In this document: piece after piece, positions 11,634 through 23,800 of the stretch | Numbering within the stretch: position 1 is the first letter of the stretch | Layout: each line of letters begins with the position of its first letter | The notes under the pieces: model-generated | Database searches by the model: none | The model's input: the letters and a program-made list of their open reading frames with translations, nothing else | What the model was told of the DNA's origin: nothing | Made by a program: the position numbers and the translations under genes | Origin: Craspedostauros australis | Lineage: Eukaryota | Length of the DNA: 64,000 bases | NCBI GenBank assembly: GCA_030167865.1 | Contig: JALAGF010000008.1 | Coordinates: forward strand, 1 to 64,000 | Direction: 5' to 3'

Positions 11634-13913
11634 ATGACGATGATGAAGTCCTTGTGTCCATTGGTGCGACGCAGCATTCTCCTTTCCCTCGTGCTGGCAT
11701 TCGCGGAACCCCCGGCCCTTGCATTTGGATATGCGCCGGTGCCTTTGCCATTGCACAATGGCGGAGCGCAGGCATGTGGGTGGGGAATGCAGCATCGTTC
11801 TGGGCTTGCCCAAGCGCCATTTGCAACAGACGACACGACCACCTGCCTGCGTGCCAGTTCCAACAGCAACAATGGCAACGACAGCCAGTCGGTGACGTCC
11901 AACACTCTCGACGGCGCTGGCGAACGTACTGAAGCACTGGCTGATAGTTGGATTGCTCAGTCGTACAACAGCGAAGACGCCGACGGCAGCGGTCAGCGGG
12001 ATGCTTCTGGCAAGGCCACCTCGTCGCCATCCGACGCCTCCTTCAGCCACCCACTGAAGGAGGCAACAGACGCGGCCTTCGTTGGCCCTCATGATGTGCT
12101 CATCTATGACACCACATTGCGCGACGGCACGCAAGGCGAATCCGTGTCGGCATCCTGCGAGGACAAGCTCAAGATCGCAGAACGCCTGGCGGATTTTGGT
12201 GTGGACTACATCGAAGCAGGATGGCCGGGAAGCAATCCAAAGGACGCGGAGTTCTTCGCGCGCGCCCCATCCGAACTGTCGCCGCAAGCACGCTCCAGGC
12301 TGGTCGCATTCGGAAGCACACGCCGCAAGAACATCGCGGCGAAGGATGACAAGCAGCTGCAAGCACTGCTGGATGCCAACGTCCCGACGATCTGCCTCGT
12401 CGCCAAGTCTCACGCCTGGCAGGTGACCGACATCCTGCGATGCACCCTCGAAGAGAACCTCAACATGATTTCCGATTCCGTGGCCTACCTTGTCAGCCAA
12501 GACAAGACGGTGCTGGTGGATCTGGAGCATTTCTTCGACGGGTACAACGAGAGTCCCGACTACGCTCTGCTCTGCTGCCAAGCTGCCGTGGATGCGGGTG
12601 CATCGTCCTTGGTGCTGTGTGATACCAACGGTGGCAGTATGCCATGGGAAGTCGCTCAGGTTTCGGAGGCCGTCACAACGCACTTTCAAAAGGAGGAAGA
12701 TGACAAGAGACGTCCACTGACCATCGGCATCCACACTCACAATGACTGTGGAATGGCTGTGGCCAACTCCTTGCAGGCATGCCACTCTGGCATTGGCTTG
12801 ATCCAGGGCACCATGAACGGCATCGGGGAGCGCACGGGCAACGCCGATCTATGCAGTATCATCCCATCTCTCGCGCTGCACGTCGAGTCAAAGATCTCGT
12901 GCCGCGACAACCTCTCCAAGATGACCAAGCTATCCCGATGGGTCGACGAGGTATTGAATCGCAAACCCAACAACGCCGCGCCGTACGTTGGAGCATCTGC
13001 GTTTGCCCACAAGGGCGGGCTGCATGTTGCAGCCATGGGACGCTCCCCCAAATCCTACCAACACATCGAACCAGAGGACGTGGGCAACGAAAAGCGCGTG
13101 CTCATTTCGGAACTGAGCGGGCGTCAAAACATCCTGGGCATGCTCAAGGATATCTTCGGCGAAAACGAGGGCAGCAGCGACAGGGATGCTGGGAAGTCCT
13201 CCGAGCAATCCGAACGCGCAACGGCCATCCTGCAGCGGGTGAAGGAACTGGAGCACCAAGGATACACCTTCGAGGGGGCCGAAGCATCGGTGCACCTCAT
13301 GATCCTCCACGCCAGCAAGGGATACTGCCCACCATTCTCGGTGCTGGACTACAGCGCCCAAGTGTACGACCAGAGGCTGGATAGTGCCAGCCGCGTTGTT
13401 TCCAAGGAAAAGACACAATCCACCAATGGACAGCCCGCCATGCTGGCCTCGTCTACTACGAGCACTTCGAGGGCCACCGTCAATGTCCGAACCGTTGTGG
13501 TTGACGACGGTAAGACGACAGCCACCGACGGCATCGGAAGCAGCGACGTCGGCGAAGACGCCAACGATCAGGTGTGTTATCGCGACACATTGGAGGTCGC
13601 CGATGGTTGCGGACCCATCGACTCCTTGGCCAACGCGCTCATGCGGGCCCTGCTTCCCACCTACCCGTACCTGAAAAACGTCGAACTGGTCGACTACAAG
13701 GTCCGCATCCTCGATCCCGCCTCCGCAACGAACGCGGCAACCCGCGTGATGATCGAGTTTGCGGACACTGCCAGCGAAGCCACTTGGACCACCGTGAGCG
13801 TCGATCGCAACGTCATCAGCGCCAGTCTCAACGCGCTCGTGGATGGTGTTGAGTATGCCTTGGTGGAACATGCGCCTGTTTGCATGCTCTGCGACGATGC
13901 CTACACGTTGTAA
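11634..13913 (+). CDS. cimA: Citramalate synthase (bacterial CimA-type, alpha-IPM synthase/DRE-TIM family), probably plastid-targeted
   Basis: DTTLRDGTQGE, YIEAGWPGSNPKD, EHFFDGY, LCDTNGG, IHTHNDCG, GIGERTGNADL, SAFAHKGGLH, ISELSGR, EGAEAS and DYKVRIL...TRVMIE (LeuA-type regulatory domain). Start chosen at Met 11634, which gives a signal peptide and ALA|F. The ORF is open from 11415 (GTG). Confidence 0.85.
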   Translation: MTMMKSLCPLVRRSILLSLVLAFAEPPALAFGYAPVPLPLHNGGAQACGWGMQHRSGLAQAPFATDDTTTCLRASSNSNNGNDSQSVTSNTLDGAGERTEALADSWIAQSYNSEDADGSGQRDASGKATSSPSDASFSHPLKEATDAAFVGPHDVLIYDTTLRDGTQGESVSASCEDKLKIAERLADFGVDYIEAGWPGSNPKDAEFFARAPSELSPQARSRLVAFGSTRRKNIAAKDDKQLQALLDANVPTICLVAKSHAWQVTDILRCTLEENLNMISDSVAYLVSQDKTVLVDLEHFFDGYNESPDYALLCCQAAVDAGASSLVLCDTNGGSMPWEVAQVSEAVTTHFQKEEDDKRRPLTIGIHTHNDCGMAVANSLQACHSGIGLIQGTMNGIGERTGNADLCSIIPSLALHVESKISCRDNLSKMTKLSRWVDEVLNRKPNNAAPYVGASAFAHKGGLHVAAMGRSPKSYQHIEPEDVGNEKRVLISELSGRQNILGMLKDIFGENEGSSDRDAGKSSEQSERATAILQRVKELEHQGYTFEGAEASVHLMILHASKGYCPPFSVLDYSAQVYDQRLDSASRVVSKEKTQSTNGQPAMLASSTTSTSRATVNVRTVVVDDGKTTATDGIGSSDVGEDANDQVCYRDTLEVADGCGPIDSLANALMRALLPTYPYLKNVELVDYKVRILDPASATNAATRVMIEFADTASEATWTTVSVDRNVISASLNALVDGVEYALVEHAPVCMLCDDAYTL

Positions 13914-14580
13914 CTGGCAGATGTCGTTGTGGTACGAGGAGACTACCATACTTACAATACATACTCGTGTGGAATGTCGCTTCTGGTGGCGGAATGGCGT
14001 CGCATTGAGCTACGGCGGCTCTCTCTGGAGCAGAGTGGAGTTGTTGCTGTTGTTGTTGTTGTTTCGACTTGAACAGAGTAGGTCACTGTGGGGTCAATCA
14101 GATGTCGGCAGCAGTTGGGTGGGCGACGAGCAGAAGTAATCCCAACCACTGTACCAGCAGAGTCATTCGTGGAGTACTAGCGCATCAGTACCATACTAAT
14201 ACAGCGACAGTCGCGATACCAATGTTATTGATGGCGACCACTGCGAGATGATGCCAACTAGAGCTGCTCTGGAATAGTAAAATATTATGTACTCGGGAGT
14301 AAGCAAGCCCAGACCATTCGTGCACCAGTTCGACGTGTCGCGTGGATGGTGTTGTCTTGATGGATGCAATGGCGCCATGCAGACAGGGGATAGATCCACT
14401 CGCACCAATAGAGGTCCCACATCACATAACTCCACCGACAGCACACAAAGCAGACCTCCTGGTCTTCCAGACGCGCAGACAAGGAAACAATTGGCGGGAA
14501 GAGAAGCGGATCCTCCCAGCCGCCACCATCAACAATAACACCCGATTCCTGACAAGCACTTTACTCGCACGAGTAGGAAC

Positions 14581-15540
14581 ATGCCCACGAGGACGATCAC
14601 ACAGAGAGATGATACCGCCTACCAGCGGCTGGAATTGATGCACGGCGACGAAGAACAAGAACAGACCTGGCAAGTGCAGATAACACATAGCCAATATTCC
14701 CACAACGATGACGACGACAAGTCCATCCTGGTGAATTTGGATGCAACGAGCCGTCCCAAAGACAACGGCATCGATGCCTTCCTGTGGGGCAAGCTCGTCT
14801 ACCACACGCATCAGCTGCAACCACCCATCGCGGTGCGACACTCGGGATACGTCCTCGCGGCCTTGGTGGCGGTCCACGTGGGTATCAGTTGGATTCTGCA
14901 GATTCCCGAACTGGCCGCGCTCTGGTTCCTCACCTTTTTACTAATGATCGCGACGCAACAAAACAAGAGGACAAGATGCACCGTCGCCGACGTGCGACGA
15001 TACATCGATAGCACGTTGGGCCCTGCCGTGCGTAAGGAAGGTTACACCATTGAGTACGGCGCCGTACAGAACGGAGGCGGTTACATCCTGCGTCGCGTGT
15101 CGCAGGATAGAAGGGCAGCAACCACAACGCATTCGGAATGGGTCCACGTGGGCGGCATGTTGCCACGGCACGGCATGGCCAGCATCCACGACGAGCTGCA
15201 CAAGGAGTTCACGTTGGAACAGCGCGAACTGATCTGGGGCGTCCTGTTGGTACTGTTCCACGAGGCGCGTCACAATCATTGGGCACGGCGCGTCGTCGGT
15301 GTGATGTTGGTTGTCGTCGTCGTGATACACGGTGTGCCCGCCAGTTTGGCATTCGCCGGCATGCCCTTCTTGTACATGGCGTTCGAAATGTTTGCCATCC
15401 AATCCACAGAACTGAAGCAGATCCAGGAGGTTTGCAAGAAGGATCCGTTGCTGGAGCGGTGCGGGTGTCGTGTCGAGTATCGCGCGCAACGAGGTCTCTG
15501 GTCAAGTACGCATTGCATCCGGCTCGTTGCGGATGCGTGA
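14581..15540 (+). CDS. Hypothetical multi-pass membrane protein with an internal two-fold repeat
   Basis: 319-aa ATG-started ORF. Each half has a W-G-x-L segment, a hydrophobic hairpin and a G-x-x-(I/V)-E-Y end. A homologous sequence lies at 58660-59756. Confidence 0.75.
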   Translation: MPTRTITQRDDTAYQRLELMHGDEEQEQTWQVQITHSQYSHNDDDDKSILVNLDATSRPKDNGIDAFLWGKLVYHTHQLQPPIAVRHSGYVLAALVAVHVGISWILQIPELAALWFLTFLLMIATQQNKRTRCTVADVRRYIDSTLGPAVRKEGYTIEYGAVQNGGGYILRRVSQDRRAATTTHSEWVHVGGMLPRHGMASIHDELHKEFTLEQRELIWGVLLVLFHEARHNHWARRVVGVMLVVVVVIHGVPASLAFAGMPFLYMAFEMFAIQSTELKQIQEVCKKDPLLERCGCRVEYRAQRGLWSSTHCIRLVADA

Positions 15541-16052
15541 GATTTCAGCCGCAGCGGAGTAGAGCGGTGTCGAGTAGAGGAGTGAAGAGTGGAATAGGAT
15601 GAAATTAGAGTTATATGAACATGTTACGAGTCGTATCGGATGGAAGCAACAACAAGAGTATTGCGCTATTCTGCGGAGGTCGACAATTGGGAAATAGCGT
15701 AGCACACAAGCGACTAGCGCACGCTAGTTCTATACATGGAAGTATACTAGCACGTTATGATAGAGTGTCCGAGCATGTAGTTGTCACTCCAGACGTTCAC
15801 TGAAACGCTCGAACCCAGCAAGCCCCAGCAGAGTACTCAAGGCGTAGAAAAGTACTTGTGCGCATACCAGTACGTACTCTGCCGTACCATCTACTACGTG
15901 AAATCCAAACAGAACAGAACGCAGAAGAACAACAAACTGGGCGACAAAAATCGCAGATTCGGACAAATCTCACGACGCCTTCGCGCAATAGAGTCCCGAC
16001 GTGGTCGTGAGACATCGGGCCCAAACGGCTGGCGGCCATAAAATTGAAAACC

Positions 16053-17756
16053 ATGAGCAACAACACGTCTCTCGATGCGATCACGCAGCTGCCGTCGACG
16101 AAGCAGCACCATGGAGATCCATCGATCGCGACGCACACCACCAGCACCAGCATGTCGTTGGAAGGCGACTACGAAGATGGTGACGATCATGCGTACGATG
16201 ATTGCGGCTACGTGGATCAAAACGAAGAGTATGATGATGATGATGAATACGAAGAAGTAGAAGTCGTCGAAGAGGATGACGACCGCCACGATGACGATGA
16301 CGATGACGATGATGACGCCTCCTATTCGTCATACGAAGAAGAAGAGGAGATCGTGGAGGAGGTGATCATCGAGGAAGAGATCATTGAAGAGGAGGAAGTG
16401 GTGGAGGATTCCGAGTCCGAGTATGAAGAGGATGATGTGACTGACAATGACAACGATCATGACAACCAACATGACAATGAGCAAGAAGACGAAGCATCCG
16501 TCAGCAGCATAGCGAGCTTCCAGGAACCCAGCGAGCACAGCGAATGCAACGACAGTGCAAAGCGAAGTTCATCGGACCGCCGTCGCCACACTCACTCTCG
16601 TTCGCATCAGCACAAGCATCAACATGAACGCCAGCATCAGCATCAGTCGCACAAGCGCTCTGGCCGCAGCAGAGGCGAAGGCAGGCACGACCAGCGACCA
16701 AGGTCCAGCCGCCACCTCCAAGACGAGGACCGCGACCATCCTCGCTCGAAGCATCGTCCTTCCAGCAGGCACCAACACGCCAACAAGCACAGGCAAGGTG
16801 AGAGCAAGAGCAAGAGGCCAGCCTCCAGCAGGTCCCACAAGCCAACGCGCAGGAGCTCCGTCTCATCGGCCACCTCCGCTTCCTCCTCGTCGCACCGCCA
16901 TGCCAATGCGAGGTCGCGCCACTCGGTCCCTGCGGCTGCGTCTTCGTCTTCCTCGCCGACTCCATCCAGCGCGAACAGCAAGCGACGATCGGGACTGCGC
17001 CACAGCCTGCGCCACAACAACAAGGACGTTCTGGACGGCACGCCCGTCGGCTCTCCGCGCACCAACTCTCCCACCTCTGCTGCAACCTCCATCAACGGCA
17101 GCACCACCAGACGACGAAGGCCCGCAGCGCCATCCACATCGCCCGCCCGGAATGCCGCACGACGTCCCAAGAAAGCGACGTCGCGCAGGCCGCGCAACCA
17201 GTCCTCCAAGTCCGTGCCCAATTCCACGTCCTCGTCGTCATCCTCCAGACCGCGACGACAGAAATCGGTCTCCATCACAGAAGCACCGCCGCCGCACACC
17301 CAAAGCGACGAGGACGACACCTTCCAGATCATCCACCAATCGTCCTCGTTCCGACGTGCCTCCATGTCGCACTCCTCATCCCAGCTCGCCGCCGACGAAC
17401 CGCAGCGACCCGCCTCGTTGCGTGCCACGCCCAACCTCTTCTCGCGCGGACCCAGGTTCATTCACAAGCGAGCCGATTCGAGCCGCTCCCTTCTCTCCAA
17501 CGCTTCGTCGCATCATGCCACGGAATTGAGCAGCACGCAGGAGGATCAGCTGCCGCCCGCCTTTCGTGCCATGGGAGGACTTTCGACCTCGGTGCATACG
17601 CCGCGTCGCACGCCAAAGCCCGTCAACAACACAGCGAATACAAACACCAAGTCGTCCTTGGCGGGATGGCAATTGCGGGAGCAGCTCAAACAGCAGCGAC
17701 ATCAGCAGCATTCCAATCGCCAGTTGGGGGAATCCGCCCATACGGCGCAATGGTAA
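16053..17756 (+). CDS. Low-complexity disordered protein (acidic N-terminal block followed by Arg/Ser/His-rich region)
   Basis: Long ORF with aaccATG context at 16053; D/E tract, then basic S/R-rich sequence; no recognisable domain. Confidence 0.75.
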   Translation: MSNNTSLDAITQLPSTKQHHGDPSIATHTTSTSMSLEGDYEDGDDHAYDDCGYVDQNEEYDDDDEYEEVEVVEEDDDRHDDDDDDDDDASYSSYEEEEEIVEEVIIEEEIIEEEEVVEDSESEYEEDDVTDNDNDHDNQHDNEQEDEASVSSIASFQEPSEHSECNDSAKRSSSDRRRHTHSRSHQHKHQHERQHQHQSHKRSGRSRGEGRHDQRPRSSRHLQDEDRDHPRSKHRPSSRHQHANKHRQGESKSKRPASSRSHKPTRRSSVSSATSASSSSHRHANARSRHSVPAAASSSSSPTPSSANSKRRSGLRHSLRHNNKDVLDGTPVGSPRTNSPTSAATSINGSTTRRRRPAAPSTSPARNAARRPKKATSRRPRNQSSKSVPNSTSSSSSSRPRRQKSVSITEAPPPHTQSDEDDTFQIIHQSSSFRRASMSHSSSQLAADEPQRPASLRATPNLFSRGPRFIHKRADSSRSLLSNASSHHATELSSTQEDQLPPAFRAMGGLSTSVHTPRRTPKPVNNTANTNTKSSLAGWQLREQLKQQRHQQHSNRQLGESAHTAQW

Positions 17757-17891
17757 TACAGTTACTAATTTCCAATTCATAAGGCAATGCTCTGGCACGA
17801 CGCACTTGCTTTCATTTAAATCATGATACTATGCTATTTATACTCGTGCGAGTGTGATTGCGTGTGGTTGCTCTATCGTCTGTTTGCGTCC

Positions 17892-20800
17892 TCAATGACT
17901 CGCAAACTCGACCTTCAATTTCTCCAATTCGTCGCGCTTGATGCTGTAGGCCGCCTTTTCGATCTTGGCCGGCACGCCGTCGCCCAGAAGGTTGAAGATG
18001 TGCTTCATGCGCTCGTTCAGCATCTCGTTCGAATCCTTCTGCTCCTCGCAGCTCGTCAGCTGACGCACCAATTTGCGACGATCGGAAGGCGTGTGCAGAT
18101 GCGGGCACAGGTTCGTGAACAGCTTCACCGTGTTAGAGAAGTTCAGCGCGCCCAGGCTGAACGGATGCTCCACCTGACCGCCGATGGCGGGGATGCCCAG
18201 CGGGTGCTCGCCCGTCAGGATGATCTTCACCTGCTTCGTCTCGTACAGCAGCGTGCGCAGGATCATGGGGAACTCCTGCTCCTCGTCCTTCTTCTTCACC
18301 TGCTCCGTGCGATCGAACACGATCAGGGCCTTGTCGTTCTTCAGGCTCTTGCAGATCACGCGCAGCATCGACTCCGTGTCGGCGTCCTCGTCGATGGGCT
18401 GGCACTTCCCAATGTCCTCCAGCTGGTCCAGCAGCTGCCGCAGCAGCATGCGGCAGTTGATGTTCCTGCCGCTCTGCCGCGGCTTCACGAAGTAGATGTG
18501 GTGGATCTCCGACATCGTGCTGGCGCGTTCGTTGATGTAATGGCACAGCGCGCACGCCAACGACGACCGACCGATGCCAGGCTCGCCCAGGATGCTCACC
18601 AACCGCTTGCGCAGCTTCAGGATCGCCGTCAGCACGTAGTACAGGTCCACTTCGCGTCCCAGGAAGAACTGCGGCGGCGTCGGCGAAGGATCCTCCTGCA
18701 TCATGTTGCGCACGCTCAGCTCGGAACCCTTCGCTCCCAACCCCATCATGCTGCGCATGCGCACCAGGCTGCTGCGGCGTTTCGACTTTGATGGCAGCAT
18801 GTGCTGGTTCCGCGGTGGCTTCGGCCATTCGCGCACGGGCTTGGCCCGGAACACGGGCACGTCGTGGTTGCCACCCTTCGGCAACAGCACGAATTTCTCC
18901 ATCTCCGCATCGGGATCGCGGAGGTTCGGCGTGGCCCTGACGGCTTTGCATCCCTGCTGGAACGATTCCTGCACGGTGTGTCCGACAGCGAGCGCCAGGT
19001 AGAACTGACGCGTGAATGCGAGCGCCGCCGTGTCCTTCAGCTCGGACTCCTGACGGCAGCACACCACGTGCGGAACGCCTGCTGATGCGAACGTCTCACC
19101 GGCCAGTCCAGAGTGACAGGCAGACACGAAGACGAACTTGAACGGCGCGACGCCATCACGAACGATCAGCTCCTTGATGTCGTCGACGTTGAACCAGTTC
19201 GGACCTCCCATGCCATCCTCGAATGGCAGGAATTGGGTGTGACCGTGCCCGGAGTAATGCAAGCAGCTGCAACGCCGCGTCAGCGTCGCCAGCAACCGAG
19301 AATGATGCGCAGTGTCGAACGACACCTCGATATCTCGCGAGGCCTCCTTGAGGCATTGCCACAGCAACTCTCGCTCCATGTCGAAGTCCAGCTTTTCGAA
19401 CGGATGCAGGCAGTTCTCGCCATCTGCAAACACCAGCGGTGCGGAGAAAAGCACGGTGATCATGTTATCGCCCTCATCCGGCTCCGGTTCTTCCAGAGCG
19501 GCAGCATCCGCGGCTCGCAGCGATGGCAGCTTGCCGATGAACGAACTTCGCGAGAACAGCGTGGCGTCCGATTCATCGATGATGTCGAGTTCCGTCCCGA
19601 CGCGATCAAAGAGGGTTGATTCGGCCTCGCCCATTCCATTCATCTGACGGTCCAGATCCACGAGGTACCGTTCGATGGCGGCCTTGCGCGTCTTGCGGAA
19701 CAGCGTCGTGAGGCGGTTGCGCTGCGACTCTGTCAGAGATGGCTGGTTGTCCTCGAATCGGAGGAATGACAGCCCCGAATCAGCGTCGGACGCATTGAGA
19801 TGATCAAGGATCAGATCGACCAACGGTGCCGAGAACTTGTTGCCCGAGAGGTTAAGATGCACCAGAGAGGTGTTCTTCAGCAACGACGACGCCAGTATCT
19901 GGTAGGAGTCTCCCTCGAGGCTATTCCTGGACAAATCCAAGGTTCGCAGACACAGTGCGTTGTGCTTGAGCATCGCAAGGATCTCCAGCGCGCCCTGTCC
20001 CAAGAACAGATCGTTCTCCGCCAGAATTAGCGTGTGCAAGGATGATTTCCATGTCTTGGCCGCGCTTGCGGATCCCACGGTCTGGTTGTATCGGTAGTAC
20101 TCCGTGTACGAACGCAGGGTCTTCGCCACGTTGGTGGCTCTGCCGATGCGATTGCCAGACAGATCGAGCTGTTCCAAGTTGCATCCCGAGTCCTTGTCGT
20201 GCACCAGCTCAAGCACAAAGGCGCATGCCTCATCTCCCAGCTTGTTGCCACTCAAATCCAGACACTTGAGGCTCGATAGCGGTGCTCTCGATGGTCCTCG
20301 TTTGGACGGTCCGGATTGACCCAGCATCTTGAAGAACGAACTCCACGACTCTCGCGATATCTCGCAGCTGTTGCGAATGCCGAAGCTGACAAACTTGCCC
20401 TGCGTTTGTCCAACCGACGACAGATCGGATGGCCGGCGGCTGTCGAGCTCGGAATCAAAGTCACCCCCGGCTGATAGCTTCACCATGGTCTCCAGGATTA
20501 CGATCAGCGCGCGCAGCTCCCGATCATTCAAGATGTTGTCGAAGGTCAAGTACGACACCCATGGTGGCAGCGACCCCGTGAGGTTCGCGAGGATACCGCT
20601 GGCTTCATCTTTCTCGCTGTCCTTCTCGGACTCATGCACGAGCAACCACTCCGAATTGCGTGCGAAGGAGAGCCCGGTGATCATTGGGCAGAGGTACAGC
20701 GTTTGGACAAGCGAATCCACAAATTCACCCGCGAAGGTGCTGTTCGTGAACCCCAACGTCCAGTGCACATTTTCCGAATCCAACGACGACGCCTGCTTGT

Positions 20801-23800
20801 CGCACAGACGCGTCAGTAGCTGCCCCTCGCGGCGGAATGAGAAGTACCGTCGCTGCGGCATCATCAGGGCTCGGAAGTCGAAAGAAGCCTGCGGGCTCAG
20901 ATCGTTGACAGGGACGACCATGTTGCGCAGCAGACGCGACGGGAAGCAGGAGTCAAGCAGCTTCTCAATTCGAGGTGGTGTGGTATCCAGCAACGATGAC
21001 ATGCTGGGATCGGCCTTGGATTTCATCTCGAGTCTTCGGCGGTGTGACAGCACCCACTCCCGCTCGACCGAGGTCTCATTCAGTGGGAACATGTGGCGGT
21101 TCATCAACCCCACCTCATCGCTGACCAGCAAGGCATGCTGATCGCTCAGCGAACGATCGATGGTCCTTCTGACCTCTTCCGCGCCGTAAATGTCGGCGTA
21201 CTGTTTGACCAGCGACCGTCGTTGTTCCAGGGAGTCATCATCCGTTGTGAAGTTCTCGAACAGGTCCTTCGTGATCTCCGTATCCGTTGAAGCCTCGTCG
21301 CCGCTCCCAGATGCGCTCGACTGGCCCGATACCTGTCGGATCAACCGCATGGCGGCAGAGTTCTTCGTCTCATTGAACGCTGAACGCCAGGTGTGAATCA
21401 GCTGCACGCGGAGTTCGGCTCGGGCCATGGCCTGGATGAGTAGGGCACGTTGGAGGCAGAACCAATCCACCAGAAGATCCGGGTTGTTTCCGGCCACCTG
21501 CGCCGTGATTTCATCCTCCGTGAAGCCCAGAGACAGGAAGACCTGACTCGCCACGCTGGAGATATCGCTGCGTTCGCCGCCCAGATTCTTTGCTTGCAAC
21601 AGCTTCGGCAAGGACATGTCGACAATTCGTATCTTCAGCGGATCGTACTTGGCCAACGCCACGAGTCCACGCAAGGCGTTCATGTTGAGTTCGTTGGTGG
21701 CCTCTTGTGCGATGGCGCTTTCGCCGTTGGCTGACTCCTTGTTGGAGCTCTCGATCATTCGTTTCAGAATTCCGTCAAAGGCTTCCAGAATATCGATTGC
21801 CCATCTTGCGCAACCCTTGCTGGCTGCCGTGTCTGATAGCAGCAACGGTGCGAGCGATGCCAGCAAACGACACGACTCCTCCAGCAGATCCAATCGGTCG
21901 ACGGGTCCAAACTCCGGCTCCGCGTTGGGCGTCATCGACTGCGGGATAGAGGATATCCAGATCAAGCTCTCCAGACCGCCGCTTTCTGCCGTGTCCACAC
22001 AACCCTTGATCAATGTCTCGGTCGGATCCAGCCAATGCGCCTGCTGTGCGACCTTATGAGATGCCGAGTTCTTCTTGGTTGGCTTCGGTGGTGCCAGAAT
22101 GTTAGCCAATGCGCACAGTGCCTCGTGAAGTTCCTTGACGGTCTCCTGCAGAGTGCTGTCGCTGTCCCGCAAGCTCGATGCAACAAGTTGGTCAGTGCTC
22201 ATCAGCGGTGATATCATCTTCACATCATCCTTCAGTGTCTTTCCCAGGGCTTCCGCCGCGCCTGCATTACAGAGCTGCAACCGGGTTTGTCGTTTCGGGC
22301 TGGTGTCTTCGCTCAGCACGCGCAGCGCCTGGACGGCGATGAAACGTAGCTTGCCTTTGTGCTCGATAGCGATTTGGACGAACGAACCATGCGCCCATCC
22401 ATCGATGATCTCGCTGCAAGTGCGTGTAGAATAGTGGACAGGTGTGTGTGAGTTGTGTTGGGTTGACGGTATCAAATAACATTGGATGATACAGCCGCAA
22501 CAGCAAGAACACAGTCCAGCATGCACGCACATATCCCATTCCACTAAAGTCGGCACAAAGTCGGCGCAAAATGATCTTACCTCAGCACATAGTCTCTGGC
22601 ATCTGACGATGGACTGTTGGCCATTTCCAGACTTGCCGACAAGGAGCTCCCGCCCGTCATGGATCCTGCCGTGAGTTGGACCAGGGCGCTGGCGGCATAC
22701 TGCACCATCTGTCGCGATGCCGGGGAGCTGTGCTCAAACAACAGGGCGACGAGGTAGCTGACGCAGCGTGCTTCGATGACGGCCGCACGCGTGTGCGGTG
22801 CGACGCAGAGGGCGGAGATCATTTGCGACACGGCGAGGCGCACGTCGGAACCGACGGATTCTCGCAGGAGTTTGACAAGTTCATTGACGGCGCCCTCGTT
22901 GACGACCTGGGAATGAATCCAGCCGGCCATGTAACGGTCTTCGATGGAGATGAGATACCGGAGTGCGGATGCGGCAGGTCGGACCTTGTCCGGGTCTTTC
23001 GAGCGGATCCAATCCACCAAAATCCTCATGAGTCCTTCTCGCACGACGATGGGCCGGGCGACATCGACCTCGCAAAGTTGCTCCACGATGTTGTAGCCCA
23101 TGTCGATGACGACGCCTTCGTGATGAATGAGCTTGGCAAAGTGGGTGATGAGGGTGACGGCCGATTCCGTCAGTTCATGAATTTCCATGGAATCCTGTCC
23201 CTGATCAAAGACGGTGCTGCTGGTGCCTCCTTTGCGCAGTCGCATGGACCTCGATTGGCTGGGCCGCAGCATGGGTCGGTTGACCGTCTTCTTGCGCGAC
23301 GATCGCTCCGAACTCAGCAGCGGTTGCACGGCATGAATCCAGAGGATGTTGACCGCCTTCGCGGATGCGCGGCACAGTTCCTCTCGCGAAATCGTCACAC
23401 CCTGCGGCGAGATAGCATTCGACATGGCCAAGAATCGCAAGCACTCGATGACCTTGAGACCCAGCGACGGTGTCGTTTGCGAGCTGGCCACGTAGGATGG
23501 CAGCACGTAGGCCACCGCCATGGCAGCGACGATCTGTATGTGCTGCGACATGCCGTTGGTGCGGAACAAGGTTAAACAGGAATGCAGACCGCCGGACGAT
23601 CGGATGTCGGAGCGCAGCGTTTCGGATTCGCGTGCGAATTTCATCAACGCCAACGCTGCTGCCAACCGTTTCTCATTTTGCGCGCGCAGCATGCAGATCA
23701 AGGAGAATACGTCTTCGTTCTCCACCAGCAATTCGATCGTCGGTCCTTCGTTGCGGTTGGACTTTTTCTTCTTGGGCTGCGACTTCTTGCCCGTGCTCTC

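Noticed and set aside
9689-13949. Long antisense ORFs overlapping the PARG and cimA genes (similar ones occur over other genes)
   Set aside because: Expected shadows of GC-rich codon usage; no motifs.
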